From a bacterium (GTDB taxonomy: Bacteria; Patescibacteriota; Minisyncoccia; Phycocordibacterales; UBA12088), in contig QKEV01000017.1 in the NCBI GenBank assembly GCA_003252295.1, positions 34,931 through 98,930 of the forward strand: a DNA stretch of 64,000 nucleotides, given 5' to 3'. Under the pieces are notes generated by a model. It saw only the letters and a program-made list of their open reading frames with translations. It searched no databases and was not told the DNA's origin. The position numbers and the translations under genes were made by a program. Shown here one piece after another: positions 50,191 to 58,743 of this stretch (the stretch's first letter is position 1; every line of letters begins with the position of its first letter).

Positions 50191-50287
50191 AGTGTCTCCT
50201 TTTGTATTTACATGTTGATTTTACGTACACCAAGTTTACAGCCGGACGAGGTACAAAACACCCTTTTGTTGTTGCTGTGATTGCCAT
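50132..50287 (-). CDS. small peptide b (51 aa), candidate RiPP precursor
   Basis: MAITATTKGCFVPRPAVNLVYVKSTCKYKRRHYGIRGSDARTQHSASRKGG. SD aggagga. Overlaps a and c in different frames. Confidence 0.35.
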   Translation of the reverse strand: MAITATTKGCFVPRPAVNLVYVKSTCKYKRRHYGIRGSDARTQHSASRKGG

Positions 50288-50378
50288 ATTTCCTCCTTAC
50301 GGACTTACTTCTTCTTGATTGACTTCCTGTGGGCCTAGGTACAAAGTGACTCCTTGTTGCTACAGGTGCAAATGCCAT
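50208..50378 (-). CDS. small peptide a (57 aa), candidate RiPP precursor
   Basis: MAFAPVATRSHFVPRPTGSQSRRSKSVRRKYGNHSNNKRVFCTSSGCKLGVRKINM. SD aaggaggg 4 nt upstream. Begins 23 nt after the radical-SAM gene stop. Confidence 0.45.
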   Translation of the reverse strand: MAFAPVATRSHFVPRPTGSQSRRSKSVRRKYGNHSNNKRVFCTSSGCKLGVRKINM

Positions 50379-50401
50379 ATCTCCCTCCTTATCCATAACA
50401 T

Positions 50402-51349
50402 TTATCGCAAGAGTTCACGTACAAGCTTGTATTCTTTTTTTGCATAACCATTTGCGACCTCAAGAACGCGCTCATTCGTGGCAACATGCCCAAACCGTGA
50501 ATCATCTGCATCAGCATTCACATAAAACTTTCCGTTCCAAGAAAGATTCCTCCCAACAAGCGTGTCAATGGAAAGTGGCTGGTACGAAATGTAGATTCCT
50601 TCCACCTCAGCCTCTAGACTGTAATCATGTATCTCCCACACATACTCCTTGAGTATCGGCATAAGAGTTTGCACATGCTCCGGCAAAACAAGCTTGATGA
50701 GCTTACCACAACCATGTACAAGTTTCTCAAACACATCACACAGTTCCGTGTCAGAGAAAAAAGGCATCCTGTTCCTGTTTCCTAAGACCGGTAACACAGG
50801 GGTACAAGATAAACGCACATCACGTTTACACACCATATTCTCGAACCTGTCCCAAGAACCAAAGTTAACAGGCGACACACAGCAAGAAATGATAGGATCA
50901 TAACCTTTAAATTTGAGGTTATGTATCGCTTCCCAGGCAATAGCACACGACCCCTTCATGCCTCGCTGTTTATCATGGTCTTCTGCTACACCATCCACTG
51001 AAATGTTGATGTACTCGTAGTACTGCATGAGTTCAGGATACTTCTGAATAGTAAAACCATTGTCCACTATCCCAATCTTTTTCCCTGAAGACCTACAGTA
51101 GTTCTCAATAAATGCGGCACCACGTGGTGAAAGGATTCTGCCAGCATAGGCAACCTCACTGCCCCATGCTACGAGTTGCGCTATCTGCTCTGACCAATCA
51201 TCTACAACCGGTATATTACGAGTATCGTGTGACCAGTAGCAGTGTTTGCACCTGAGATTACATACTCCTTCTATCGTTGCCGCGACATACACTGGATCAG
51301 GAACTACCAAGTAACAACCATTTTCAATAAGTTCTTGCATGAGTGTCAT
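50402..51349 (-). CDS. radical SAM enzyme with C-terminal Cys-rich (twitch/SPASM-like) domain
   Basis: CNLRCKHC (CxxxCxxC) at residues 30-37, an ISVDG block, and a downstream cluster ISCCVSP...C(K)...SC. SD aaaggaga. Confidence 0.7.
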   Translation of the reverse strand: MTLMQELIENGCYLVVPDPVYVAATIEGVCNLRCKHCYWSHDTRNIPVVDDWSEQIAQLVAWGSEVAYAGRILSPRGAAFIENYCRSSGKKIGIVDNGFTIQKYPELMQYYEYINISVDGVAEDHDKQRGMKGSCAIAWEAIHNLKFKGYDPIISCCVSPVNFGSWDRFENMVCKRDVRLSCTPVLPVLGNRNRMPFFSDTELCDVFEKLVHGCGKLIKLVLPEHVQTLMPILKEYVWEIHDYSLEAEVEGIYISYQPLSIDTLVGRNLSWNGKFYVNADADDSRFGHVATNERVLEVANGYAKKEYKLVRELLR

Positions 51350-51557
51350 AACATTCTCCTTTATTTGGATTGCAGCTTCATGTTACAAAAGACTTTATAT
51401 AATCTGTCAACAGTGTAGAGGTTTTGAAGATGTTTTTGAAATTTTCTTATACTTTATACCTAAAAACTAAATATCGCTTTATTTTCAAGCATATTTTGTA
51501 TAAATAAAGTGTCAATATTTCTTTACAGTTTATACATCTTTGTTATGATGTGAATAT

Positions 51558-52343
51558 ATGCAACTGCTACAACTTTCAAAAAACGAAAATAAAATTTTCA
51601 CCCAATTAAAGCAGGGTGACTCTACACCTCTCGAACTTTCTCGCAGTACACACATTACACGCCCAACTGTGTATGAAACCCTAAAGAAACTTAAGGCACG
51701 AAAACTTGTGCAAACAAAGATCGTACACGGAAAAAAATACTGGACACTTGAAGATGAGCGAGTTATTGAAGATGAGCTATACAAAGCAAAAAAGGCATTG
51801 CTTGATATTTCTGAAACAACAGAAGAAGTCCATGGAAGATGTGAGTCAAATATCATCATCTATAAAGATGAAAAAAGTATACAAAAGCTACTCTTCAATT
51901 TACTATCACATACAAAAAATGAACGAATGTACGGCATACAAGGTAATAACATTGAAATTGGTTGGAGTAAGATATTCTCACCTGATGCAACCAACAAGCT
52001 AAATAGGTTGGTGAAGAAAAACAAGATAATCATGGAAGCAGTCATACCGAGAGGTTGGTTTGAGAAACATGCAAAGTTATGGGGCAAAGAATGGGTAAAG
52101 CACTTTATGGGACGCATGACCATAGCACACGAGATTGACGAGGAGTATTTCAAGCATGGCGCACAGTTGTTTGCTACAAAAAATGCTCTGTATCTGCTTT
52201 CGTTTAATGAGTCACTTGCAATAGAGATACGCAACTCAGAAACACAGAAGCTTGTACTTTCACTACTCTCATACATTCAGGACAATGCTAAACGAGTAGA
52301 ACCAAATACAATACTTGGAAAATTGGTTGAAAATGTAGAATAA
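51558..52343 (+). CDS. TrmB-like winged-helix transcriptional regulator
   Basis: N-terminal HTH (NKIFTQLKQGDSTPLELSRSTHITRPTVYETLKKLKARKLV) plus a ~170-aa C-terminal domain. Divergent from the rSAM operon. Confidence 0.55.
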   Translation: MQLLQLSKNENKIFTQLKQGDSTPLELSRSTHITRPTVYETLKKLKARKLVQTKIVHGKKYWTLEDERVIEDELYKAKKALLDISETTEEVHGRCESNIIIYKDEKSIQKLLFNLLSHTKNERMYGIQGNNIEIGWSKIFSPDATNKLNRLVKKNKIIMEAVIPRGWFEKHAKLWGKEWVKHFMGRMTIAHEIDEEYFKHGAQLFATKNALYLLSFNESLAIEIRNSETQKLVLSLLSYIQDNAKRVEPNTILGKLVENVE

Positions 52344-52350
52344 AATTTTT

Positions 52351-52620
52351 CCGGGACACTTCGTTATCGAACTCGTTCATCTTCGACTCGTTCAATGTAG
52401 ATAATGTGGGAGCCGAGAATCGTCCCCGGGATGACTAAGTATTTTCTTGCCGGGACGCTATGCTATCGAACTCGCTCACCTTCGACTCGTTCCTCGCTCA
52501 GGTTCACTCTCTAAGAACCCACGGTTCTCAGCGTTCGTCGTAAACTCCTCACAGCTCTCCTTCAAGGGAAAACTAGAGTTTTCCCTACCCCTTTCCATGT
52601 TCGATTCCCGGCGACTCCGT
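52351..52620. repeat. tRNA-flank repeat element(s) downstream of tRNA-Pro
   Basis: 52456..52607 is homologous to the 142-bp insert at the tRNA-Gly(GCC) locus (gctatcgaactc...agaacccacggttctcagcgtt...ggaaaactagagttttcc...cctttccatgttcgattc). It is flanked by tRNA-Pro T-arm-like halves (gccggga / ccggcgactccg). A partial tandem copy lies at 52351..52440, with cttcgactcgttc repeated 100 bp apart. Confidence 0.6.
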
Positions 52621-52670
52621 AAAAATACAGAAAAACCTACAGAACATTTCTGTAGGTTTTTCTGTATTTG

Positions 52671-52741
52671 TCGGGGAGCCGGGAATCGAACCCGGGCCAC
52701 ACGGTCCCAAACCGCGTACACTACCACTATGCTACACCCCG
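52671..52741 (-). tRNA. tRNA-Pro (anticodon TGG)
   Basis: Acceptor cggggtg/ctccccg with one mismatch, anticodon stem cgcgg/ccgtg with loop TTTGGGA, T arm cccgg-ttcgatt-ccggg. Preceded by a terminator hairpin. Confidence 0.75.
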
Positions 52742-52818
52742 TAGTAGAACTTATTTCCAAGTGCCAAAATAGAGTACCACTTTTTCAAAAAAATGCTAAT
52801 CACTTTTTCAAAAAAATG

Positions 52819-53214
52819 CTAATCAAGTAGTACACTCTCAAGCACTTTGACGTAGACCTTTTTACTTTCGGTAAGTATCTGCACAACTATTACATCCACT
52901 GTCCAATCATGTGCACCACCAAGTCCTCGCTCGAGCAAATACACCTCGATCACTCTCTTCAGCCGTGTCTTTTTATTTCTATCTATATGGTCTTCTGGCC
53001 GATAGGTTTCTTCACCCTCGTGTAAAACACTAAATATTTCGGAGGATTTTACTTCTACAAAGTGCAGTACATCGTCTTTTATACACACAACATCCAACTC
53101 TCCGCACTTTTTTCTATAATTTCGCTCAACTATGCGATACTTTCTGTTTTCTAGATACTGTGCAGCAATATCCTCACCAAGCTGTCCTATGGAAATATGC
53201 TTATTTTTAGCCAT
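52819..53214 (-). CDS. yraN: YraN-family (UPF0102) endonuclease-like protein
   Basis: 131 aa. GEDIAAQYLENRKYRIVERNYR...GELDVV...FVEVK pattern. Confidence 0.7.
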   Translation of the reverse strand: MAKNKHISIGQLGEDIAAQYLENRKYRIVERNYRKKCGELDVVCIKDDVLHFVEVKSSEIFSVLHEGEETYRPEDHIDRNKKTRLKRVIEVYLLERGLGGAHDWTVDVIVVQILTESKKVYVKVLESVLLD

Positions 53215-53335
53215 ATTTGTTTTTATCGTACATGTCCTTTATTCACATATACACAGACTTATCCCCAGTTATGCACATGTGTGGCAAAAGAGCAGCTAGT
53301 ACGAAACTAGCTGCTCCAAAAACCTCTGCAGTATC

Positions 53336-53944
53336 CTATCCACCATCTTGAACTAACTCGAGTTTCGAAGAGGTAGGTATTGCAGTAGTCTTGGAAACTC
53401 TTTCTTGTACTTCCTTAGGAACATTTTCAGGTGCAAACGTTAGCTCCTTAAAGGAATGGTCACAAACCATCTTCGGATCTGAAAGATTGTGCATACTGGC
53501 AAACTTATCAATCAAATCACCTACCAACTCTTGTCCAGCTGGCATTTGGTTTGTACATACCAAACTTGAGTACGAAAAAACTCCATTTCCATCTGATTCA
53601 ATCGCAGGTAATGCTATTGAAAGAATAGGTACCGCGTGTTTTCTGTCATACAAACGAGGAAATCTCCACCCGAAGATTGGGATTCGCCTACATTTGCAAA
53701 ACACCACGTAGTAGATTGTCTCTGCAAGGAAACCCTTGGCTGCTACTGTAAACGGTCCATCTTCAAGTTCTATCTCATCTACAGCGAAAGATCCGTGGAC
53801 AAATTTGCCAACATTTGGACTATACTCTTCAGAAACTGCAAGCTTCCCGACAATCTCAGTAATCAGAAGTTTGAGTCCGTTCTTCAGTGCACTTTGGGTA
53901 TAACACACTCTTCCTTCCATATCTTCCTCCGCAGTAGATTTCAT
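53336..53944 (-). CDS. hypothetical protein
   Basis: 202 aa with no recognisable motif. Confidence 0.35.
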   Translation of the reverse strand: MKSTAEEDMEGRVCYTQSALKNGLKLLITEIVGKLAVSEEYSPNVGKFVHGSFAVDEIELEDGPFTVAAKGFLAETIYYVVFCKCRRIPIFGWRFPRLYDRKHAVPILSIALPAIESDGNGVFSYSSLVCTNQMPAGQELVGDLIDKFASMHNLSDPKMVCDHSFKELTFAPENVPKEVQERVSKTTAIPTSSKLELVQDGG

Positions 53945-54097
53945 TTAGGTTATATGCCTAATATCTTCCTAGTCATGACCATACCATATTTACTATATTT
54001 GTATAGAAAAGATGAAATACTGCTGTTCTTGCATTAATTTTAAACATGATTAGTATGTCGATTAGAAAAAACATCAAACAAATGCATGGAGGTTACA

Positions 54098-54421
54098 ATG
54101 AGATTTGAAATACTATTCAAAGGTGAAAGCAAGGCGTCAGAGCACTATAGTGAAATACATGTTTCCGAAAATCCGAATGCTGAAACCCTTAAAGATGTGA
54201 CAGCTTTCATTCAGAAACACCATGCCCCTCTCAGGGTGTTTGTCAGATTTAGCGCACATCCACCTGTTTCCGAAGAGCAAATGGATGCACTCAACACACT
54301 TGATGATGTGGCTCAAGCCGAACATGTTCCCGTAACACTTGATCTTTGTAACTGTTGCATTAACAACCTTACCGTGTTCACCAAAAACCCTCGATGGTGG
54401 TCTCGGTGGGAACGATGTTAA
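54098..54421 (+). CDS. hypothetical protein
   Basis: GGAGG SD before the ATG at 54098. Unknown function. Confidence 0.4.
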   Translation: MRFEILFKGESKASEHYSEIHVSENPNAETLKDVTAFIQKHHAPLRVFVRFSAHPPVSEEQMDALNTLDDVAQAEHVPVTLDLCNCCINNLTVFTKNPRWWSRWERC

Positions 54422-54428
54422 CACACAG

Positions 54429-54456
54429 CCCCCTGCAGACGCGTGTCTGCAGGGGG
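54429..54456. terminator. bidirectional terminator (perfect 28-bp palindrome)
   Basis: ccccctgcagacgc|gcgtctgcaggggg between convergent genes. Confidence 0.6.
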
Positions 54457-54462
54457 TTACTC

Positions 54463-54975
54463 TTACTTCTTGAAGAGCCACTTGGTTCGTGGGTTGATAC
54501 AAACCTTACCATCAACAACCGTACCAGTTTTCATATCCAAGAATACCCTCTTGTCCCTTGGACACGCTGATATAACTAAAAATTTTCCATCAATAGGGCG
54601 AGTACCTACCACAATTTGACTTACAGCGTCTTCCTCTTCAATCATGATTGGTACCTTGAAAGCAACATTATGTATCACGTCTTTCAGATGAGCACTGTTC
54701 ACCACCTCTAACCAGTCATCTAGCAGCACGTACTCCTCAGTGTACCCGAAATCATACGGTCGTAGCAGTAATAAAATAGTTCCATTAGGATCGTATGCGC
54801 CAAAACTCACTTGGGTAAGTGCATGCTCCACAGCAGCAGAATAAAATATTGCATTTGCATCATAAATCGCGATCGTCTCCTCGACTGAGGTACATTGGAA
54901 AATACCTGATGTCTCTGCCCATACCGGAACAGCAATATCCCTTCCTGCAGCACGCAAGGTAACATAATCATCCAT
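54463..54975 (-). CDS. hypothetical protein
   Basis: 170 aa with no motif. Confidence 0.35.
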   Translation of the reverse strand: MDDYVTLRAAGRDIAVPVWAETSGIFQCTSVEETIAIYDANAIFYSAAVEHALTQVSFGAYDPNGTILLLLRPYDFGYTEEYVLLDDWLEVVNSAHLKDVIHNVAFKVPIMIEEEDAVSQIVVGTRPIDGKFLVISACPRDKRVFLDMKTGTVVDGKVCINPRTKWLFKK

Positions 54976-55075
54976 TTCTATACCTCCCCGAAAAGGTTAT
55001 ATTTCATGGTCAAATTTCTAAACGAAAAATAACACAATGTAATTATTTAACAAGAAATCCATACATATACAGAAA

Positions 55076-55341
55076 CTACTCAACAACAAAAGGAGGGTAT
55101 GAACCCTCCTTTTGTTGTTAATGTGCGGGTAGGGAGACGCTTCGCTATCGAACTCACTTCCTACGATCGCTCTCTGAGAACCCACGGTTCTCAGCGTTTC
55201 GCTTCGCTCCACTGCTCTCCTACACAGGAAAACTAGAGTTTTCCTGACACCTTTCCATGTTCGATTCTCCCTACGCAAGCTACTCAACAACAAAAGGAGG
55301 GTATGAACCCTCCTTTTGTTGTTAATGTGCGGGTAGGGAGA
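55076..55341. repeat. 62-bp perfect direct repeat (terminator hairpin + tRNA-Gly 3' end) flanking a 142-bp insert
   Basis: ctactcaacaacaaaaggagggtatgaaccctccttttgttgttaatgtgcgggtagggaga occurs at 55076..55137 and 55280..55341. The insert 55138..55279 ends in an inverted tRNA-3'-end mimic (ttcgattctccctacgca). Confidence 0.75.
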
Positions 55342-55398
55342 ATCGAACTCCCGTCTACGCCATGGCAAGGCGTCATCCTACCACTAAACGATACCCGC
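55328..55398 (-). tRNA. tRNA-Gly (anticodon GCC)
   Basis: Acceptor gcgggta/tacccgc, anticodon stem acgcc/ggcgt with loop TTGCCAT, T arm gggag-ttcgatt-ctccc. Confidence 0.8.
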
Positions 55399-55463
55399 AA
55401 TATTTACGTGATACATCATAGCGTCTGAACCGCTAAATGTCTACTGTTTGTTCACAATTTACA

Positions 55464-56267
55464 TTACACCTTATTCATCCAGGCAGTAAGATCAACACTC
55501 CACCCTGTCTCACATGCAATATCAAGCAAATGCTTTGAAAGATCTACCAAAACTCGTTCTTGCACCTTACGACACTCATTTCTCTCTGTATTCACAAGTA
55601 GCAAACTGTCGCTAAACATGAATACATCCTCAACCGCCACACCATAGAGAGCTGGCACAATGTTAAGACGCACCATGTTTGATTGTGGAGGCATTGGGGT
55701 AGACCCTTTTTCAATGAGGGCATCAGCAATAGTCGAATCAATCAGTATCTCGAGTTTTAAATTATTCTCTATAGAAACAGCAACGTACTTTGAGAAACGG
55801 AGCACAGACTCCTCGCGACCATTCTGCCCACGAGAGAAAAGTAGCCGTACCCTGTCACCTGCATGCTTTTTTGCAAGTTCACCGAACGTTACCTTTTCAT
55901 CACCTTTACTGACGATATTTTCGTCATATTTTCTTTTCTCTTCATACTCCTGACTCTCCTTTACTGAAACCGTTCCATCTTGATCTTGATCAGCACGAAA
56001 ACGTCGCTCTATCCAATCAAGTGTATTTGCAACCTCATCTGTGTTCACAAAGTACTCATAGTGTCCATTCACCCTCTCTTTAAAAACAAGTCCTTGCTTT
56101 ACGAGACGACGCATCACAGCATCAACTGTTGTACGAGGTACATTTGCCCGAGTAGCTGCCTTTGTCATGTTCATTCGCCCAAAGGTAGCAAGTGCTGTAA
56201 ACACTTTCACCTCACGTTCATTGAGTCCCAGGAACTGTAATTTATCTATGACAAAATCCATTGCCAT
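55464..56267 (-). CDS. TrmB-like winged-helix transcriptional regulator
   Basis: N-terminal HTH (LNEREVKVFTALATFGRMNMTKAATRANVPRTTVDAVMRRLVKQGLV) plus a C-terminal domain. Confidence 0.5.
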   Translation of the reverse strand: MAMDFVIDKLQFLGLNEREVKVFTALATFGRMNMTKAATRANVPRTTVDAVMRRLVKQGLVFKERVNGHYEYFVNTDEVANTLDWIERRFRADQDQDGTVSVKESQEYEEKRKYDENIVSKGDEKVTFGELAKKHAGDRVRLLFSRGQNGREESVLRFSKYVAVSIENNLKLEILIDSTIADALIEKGSTPMPPQSNMVRLNIVPALYGVAVEDVFMFSDSLLLVNTERNECRKVQERVLVDLSKHLLDIACETGWSVDLTAWMNKV

Positions 56268-56387
56268 ACAGTATACCTTTATGACGACTTTTTCGTCAAA
56301 GAATATTTACACTGACATGAATTACTGTGTATACTGAAAAGTAGAACTATAGAGTAGGAACTTTTAACTCAAACACAAGGGGGCTGT

Positions 56388-56849
56388 ATGTTACTTGAAC
56401 TTCCGAAGAGATTGAATATCACCACATTTACTGAACTGCATGAATACACGAGTAATTTTATCCATGTAAGAAAAAGGGATTTCCCTCTTCTGCAAACAAC
56501 GACCGTCTTGGGCCCGCTCTCAAACGGAGAAAGGGTCTCTGTTGCAAAACGTGAAAATGTGATTAACTTTCATACACACAACGTAGCAAGAATGAAAGGA
56601 GGTGAGAAAGGTGATATGTTTCTTGTTTTCAATATCATGTCGCTCAAACCTCACATTGAAACTATTCTGAGAACACACAAAACTCAAAATCCTGTAACTA
56701 CAGTTGTTCTCAACCTAATGTACCCACTCTTCACGTCTGAAGTGTTTGATGTGCTGCATTTCTGCCCACATACAGAGGACTGCTTTAGAGCAACCATGGA
56801 AAAAAATCACGTCAAATTCCTTGGTATACCTACCATTAATCTCACATGA
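56388..56849 (+). CDS. hypothetical protein
   Basis: 153 aa. Followed by a terminator. Confidence 0.4.
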   Translation: MLLELPKRLNITTFTELHEYTSNFIHVRKRDFPLLQTTTVLGPLSNGERVSVAKRENVINFHTHNVARMKGGEKGDMFLVFNIMSLKPHIETILRTHKTQNPVTTVVLNLMYPLFTSEVFDVLHFCPHTEDCFRATMEKNHVKFLGIPTINLT

Positions 56850-56874
56850 CCAAAACCCCGCTCCGGCGGGGTTT
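56850..56874 (+). terminator. terminator
   Basis: caaaaccccgc-tccg-gcggggttt hairpin. Confidence 0.55.
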
Positions 56875-57083
56875 ACCTATTATTCAAACCTATCAAAAGT
56901 AAAGTACTTCATAGTACCCACAGGCACACCATACTTCTCCTCAATAACCTTACTTGGGTTATTCTAATGTCACATCTCTCCAACCAATTACCACGAAATA
57001 GAGCCGCTAGGTAAGGTTCCGCTCAAAATCTATCTTTATGTAACCTTATTAATCTCAAAGAACCCTGCTTCGATATATGCAAA

Positions 57084-57317
57084 TTATTTCTTAAATTTAT
57101 ATATTATGAAAAAAATTACAGCAATAGCAGCAAGAAAAGTAGCAGGCAAAACACCTGCGATTAATACTCCCATCATACCAAAACAGTCTCCACTACAGTA
57201 GAAACAAAACTTATTTGGATCTGAGCAAGGACTTAATATTGAATAAGCAAACACAACCAGAACCCAGATTACCCCAATTACAAAAAATATTTGTGAGATT
57301 CTTTTATACTTATCCAT
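57084..57317 (-). CDS. small membrane protein
   Basis: 77 aa with two TM helices and a CxxC pair. Confidence 0.3.
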   Translation of the reverse strand: MDKYKRISQIFFVIGVIWVLVVFAYSILSPCSDPNKFCFYCSGDCFGMMGVLIAGVLPATFLAAIAVIFFIIYKFKK

Positions 57318-57328
57318 TATTTAAAACA

Positions 57329-57874
57329 TTATTTTGATAATAAAAATTCTCTCAGCTTATCAAATGGGCGAAGTTTTTTATAGACTTCATCATACTCCTC
57401 CTTGGTAAGCTCAGCGCGCGTTTTGTCATACCCTTCGGGGATAAAGATAGGATCCCAACCGTACCCATCTTTACCTTTTGGAGATGCACTTATTTCACCC
57501 GTCATCATCCCCTCAAAGTACTCTTCTCTCTCTCCATCAAAGTAGCCAAATGTGCACCGTGCAATAGCACCTCTTTCCTTTCCATCAAGCAATCGACATA
57601 TGTCTTCTAGACTCAGCTCAGTCTCAAACCACTTAATAAACGGCCCAGGCAACTTCCCAAGAGCAGTAAACTCAAGAGAGATATCTTCCACTAACACAGG
57701 CTTCCCTACTACCTTATACGCTTCCCGTACCTTATGGTGCACCACTTCACGCAAATCCAATGACTGTACCTCAACAAGGTCGATCTTCTGTCGCTCTAGC
57801 TCCACCCCCAACAATTCCCCGAGATACTTCGCCTTATTCTCATTTCCCGTAATGAATACCACATCGCTTTTCAT
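57329..57874 (-). CDS. rdgB: non-canonical purine NTP pyrophosphatase (Ham1/RdgB family)
   Basis: FITGNENK N-terminus, the E...K substrate blocks, and C-terminal GYGWDPIF. Start set at the internal ATG at 57874. Confidence 0.85.
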   Translation of the reverse strand: MKSDVVFITGNENKAKYLGELLGVELERQKIDLVEVQSLDLREVVHHKVREAYKVVGKPVLVEDISLEFTALGKLPGPFIKWFETELSLEDICRLLDGKERGAIARCTFGYFDGEREEYFEGMMTGEISASPKGKDGYGWDPIFIPEGYDKTRAELTKEEYDEVYKKLRPFDKLREFLLSK

Positions 57875-58115
57875 GTTTAGCAGTATACCAAGTTTTGATA
57901 TGTGTTTTGAAAATAGTACACCCGAGAGGAATCTCACCATCACTTTTGCTGTTCGAGTCCTAAAAGTAAAGCTAAGTATTGACAATAGTCTAAAATATTA
58001 TATATTCTTAACAATCAAATTTCACTCTGGGAATCTTAGTCGGGACAATCTTTGAATGTTGTTTGTGGTGTCAGGTAACACCTGACACAGCATTATTTCA
58101 GTAGTATTTCTAAAA

Positions 58116-58313
58116 ATGCAAACAGGAAAAATTGCTCGTTTGACAGATAAAGGGTTCGGATTCATTAGCCGCGATGGTGAAGAAAAAGACCTTTTCTTTC
58201 ACTCAAACGATGTAGAAGGAGATTTCAATTCACTTCAAGAAAATGACACTGTTACTTTTGATGTCGAAGAAGGACCGAAGGGTCTCAATGCAGTAAAAGT
58301 AAGTCGTGCATAA
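58116..58313 (+). CDS. cspA: cold-shock protein (CspA family)
   Basis: 65 aa. RNP1-like KGFGFI and RNP2-like VFFH variant (DLFFH). Confidence 0.9.
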   Translation: MQTGKIARLTDKGFGFISRDGEEKDLFFHSNDVEGDFNSLQENDTVTFDVEEGPKGLNAVKVSRA

Positions 58314-58314
58314 T

Positions 58315-58348
58315 AAAAAACCACCAGCTTCAATGCTGGTGGTTTTTT
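58315..58348 (+). terminator. terminator 3' of csp
   Basis: aaaaaaccaccagc-ttcaat-gctggtggtttttt hairpin. Confidence 0.65.
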
Positions 58349-58379
58349 ATTATAAACATATTCGAATACCGTCCCTTGC

Positions 58380-58560
58380 TAGGAACGTTTATTACACCGC
58401 CAGGACTTGCCTCTCCCTACGGTCGAGATCAATGTTTACATTGTCGCTTCGCTCTGTGTAAACATTAGTCCTTCGGTTCTAGTTCTGGACGCAAAACATA
58501 TTTATGTTTTGCTCGGGTGCACATATAACAAAAACCCCAGGAAGGGGTTTTTGTTATATG
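58380..58560. repeat. tRNA-flank repeat / hairpin region downstream of tRNA-Arg
   Basis: Contains caccgccaggacttgcc (a tRNA-Arg 3'-half mimic), gtcgcttcgctc (shared with the Gly-locus insert), and the perfect 23-bp inverted repeat ggtgcacatataacaaaaacccc/ggggtttttgttatatgtgcacc, which incorporates the tRNA 3' end. Confidence 0.45.
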
Positions 58561-58632
58561 TGCACCCGCCAGGACTCGAACCTGGAATGACGGTTCCGAA
58601 GACCGTTGTGATATCCATTTCACCACGGGTGC
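58561..58632 (-). tRNA. tRNA-Arg (anticodon TCG)
   Basis: Perfect acceptor gcacccg/cgggtgc, anticodon stem acggt/accgt with loop CTTCGGA, T arm ccagg-ttcgagt-cctgg. Confidence 0.7.
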
Positions 58633-58743
58633 TTGCTTATTAGCTAGCATATTCTGCCATACTTTTATCTTTTTGAGAAGCACTTTGAAACACAAAGTGT
58701 ATTGAACTTGTTAATACGCAGAAACACCAATACAATATGATGC

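Noticed and set aside
50077-50378. Small basic tandem ORFs as unannotated ribosomal proteins
   Set aside because: I compared them mentally with bL32, bL33, bL34, bL36, uS14 and bS21 consensus sequences and found no convincing match. The shared N-terminal motif and the adjacency to a radical SAM gene fit a precursor-peptide interpretation better. A formal search could still overturn this.
55018-55368. 116-aa ORF on the minus strand
   Set aside because: It lies entirely within the duplicated terminator and tRNA-3'-end repeat and overlaps tRNA-Gly(GCC). Its own sequence contains an internal duplication (PYPHINNKRRVHTLLLLLSS twice) created by the 62-bp DNA repeat. It is spurious.
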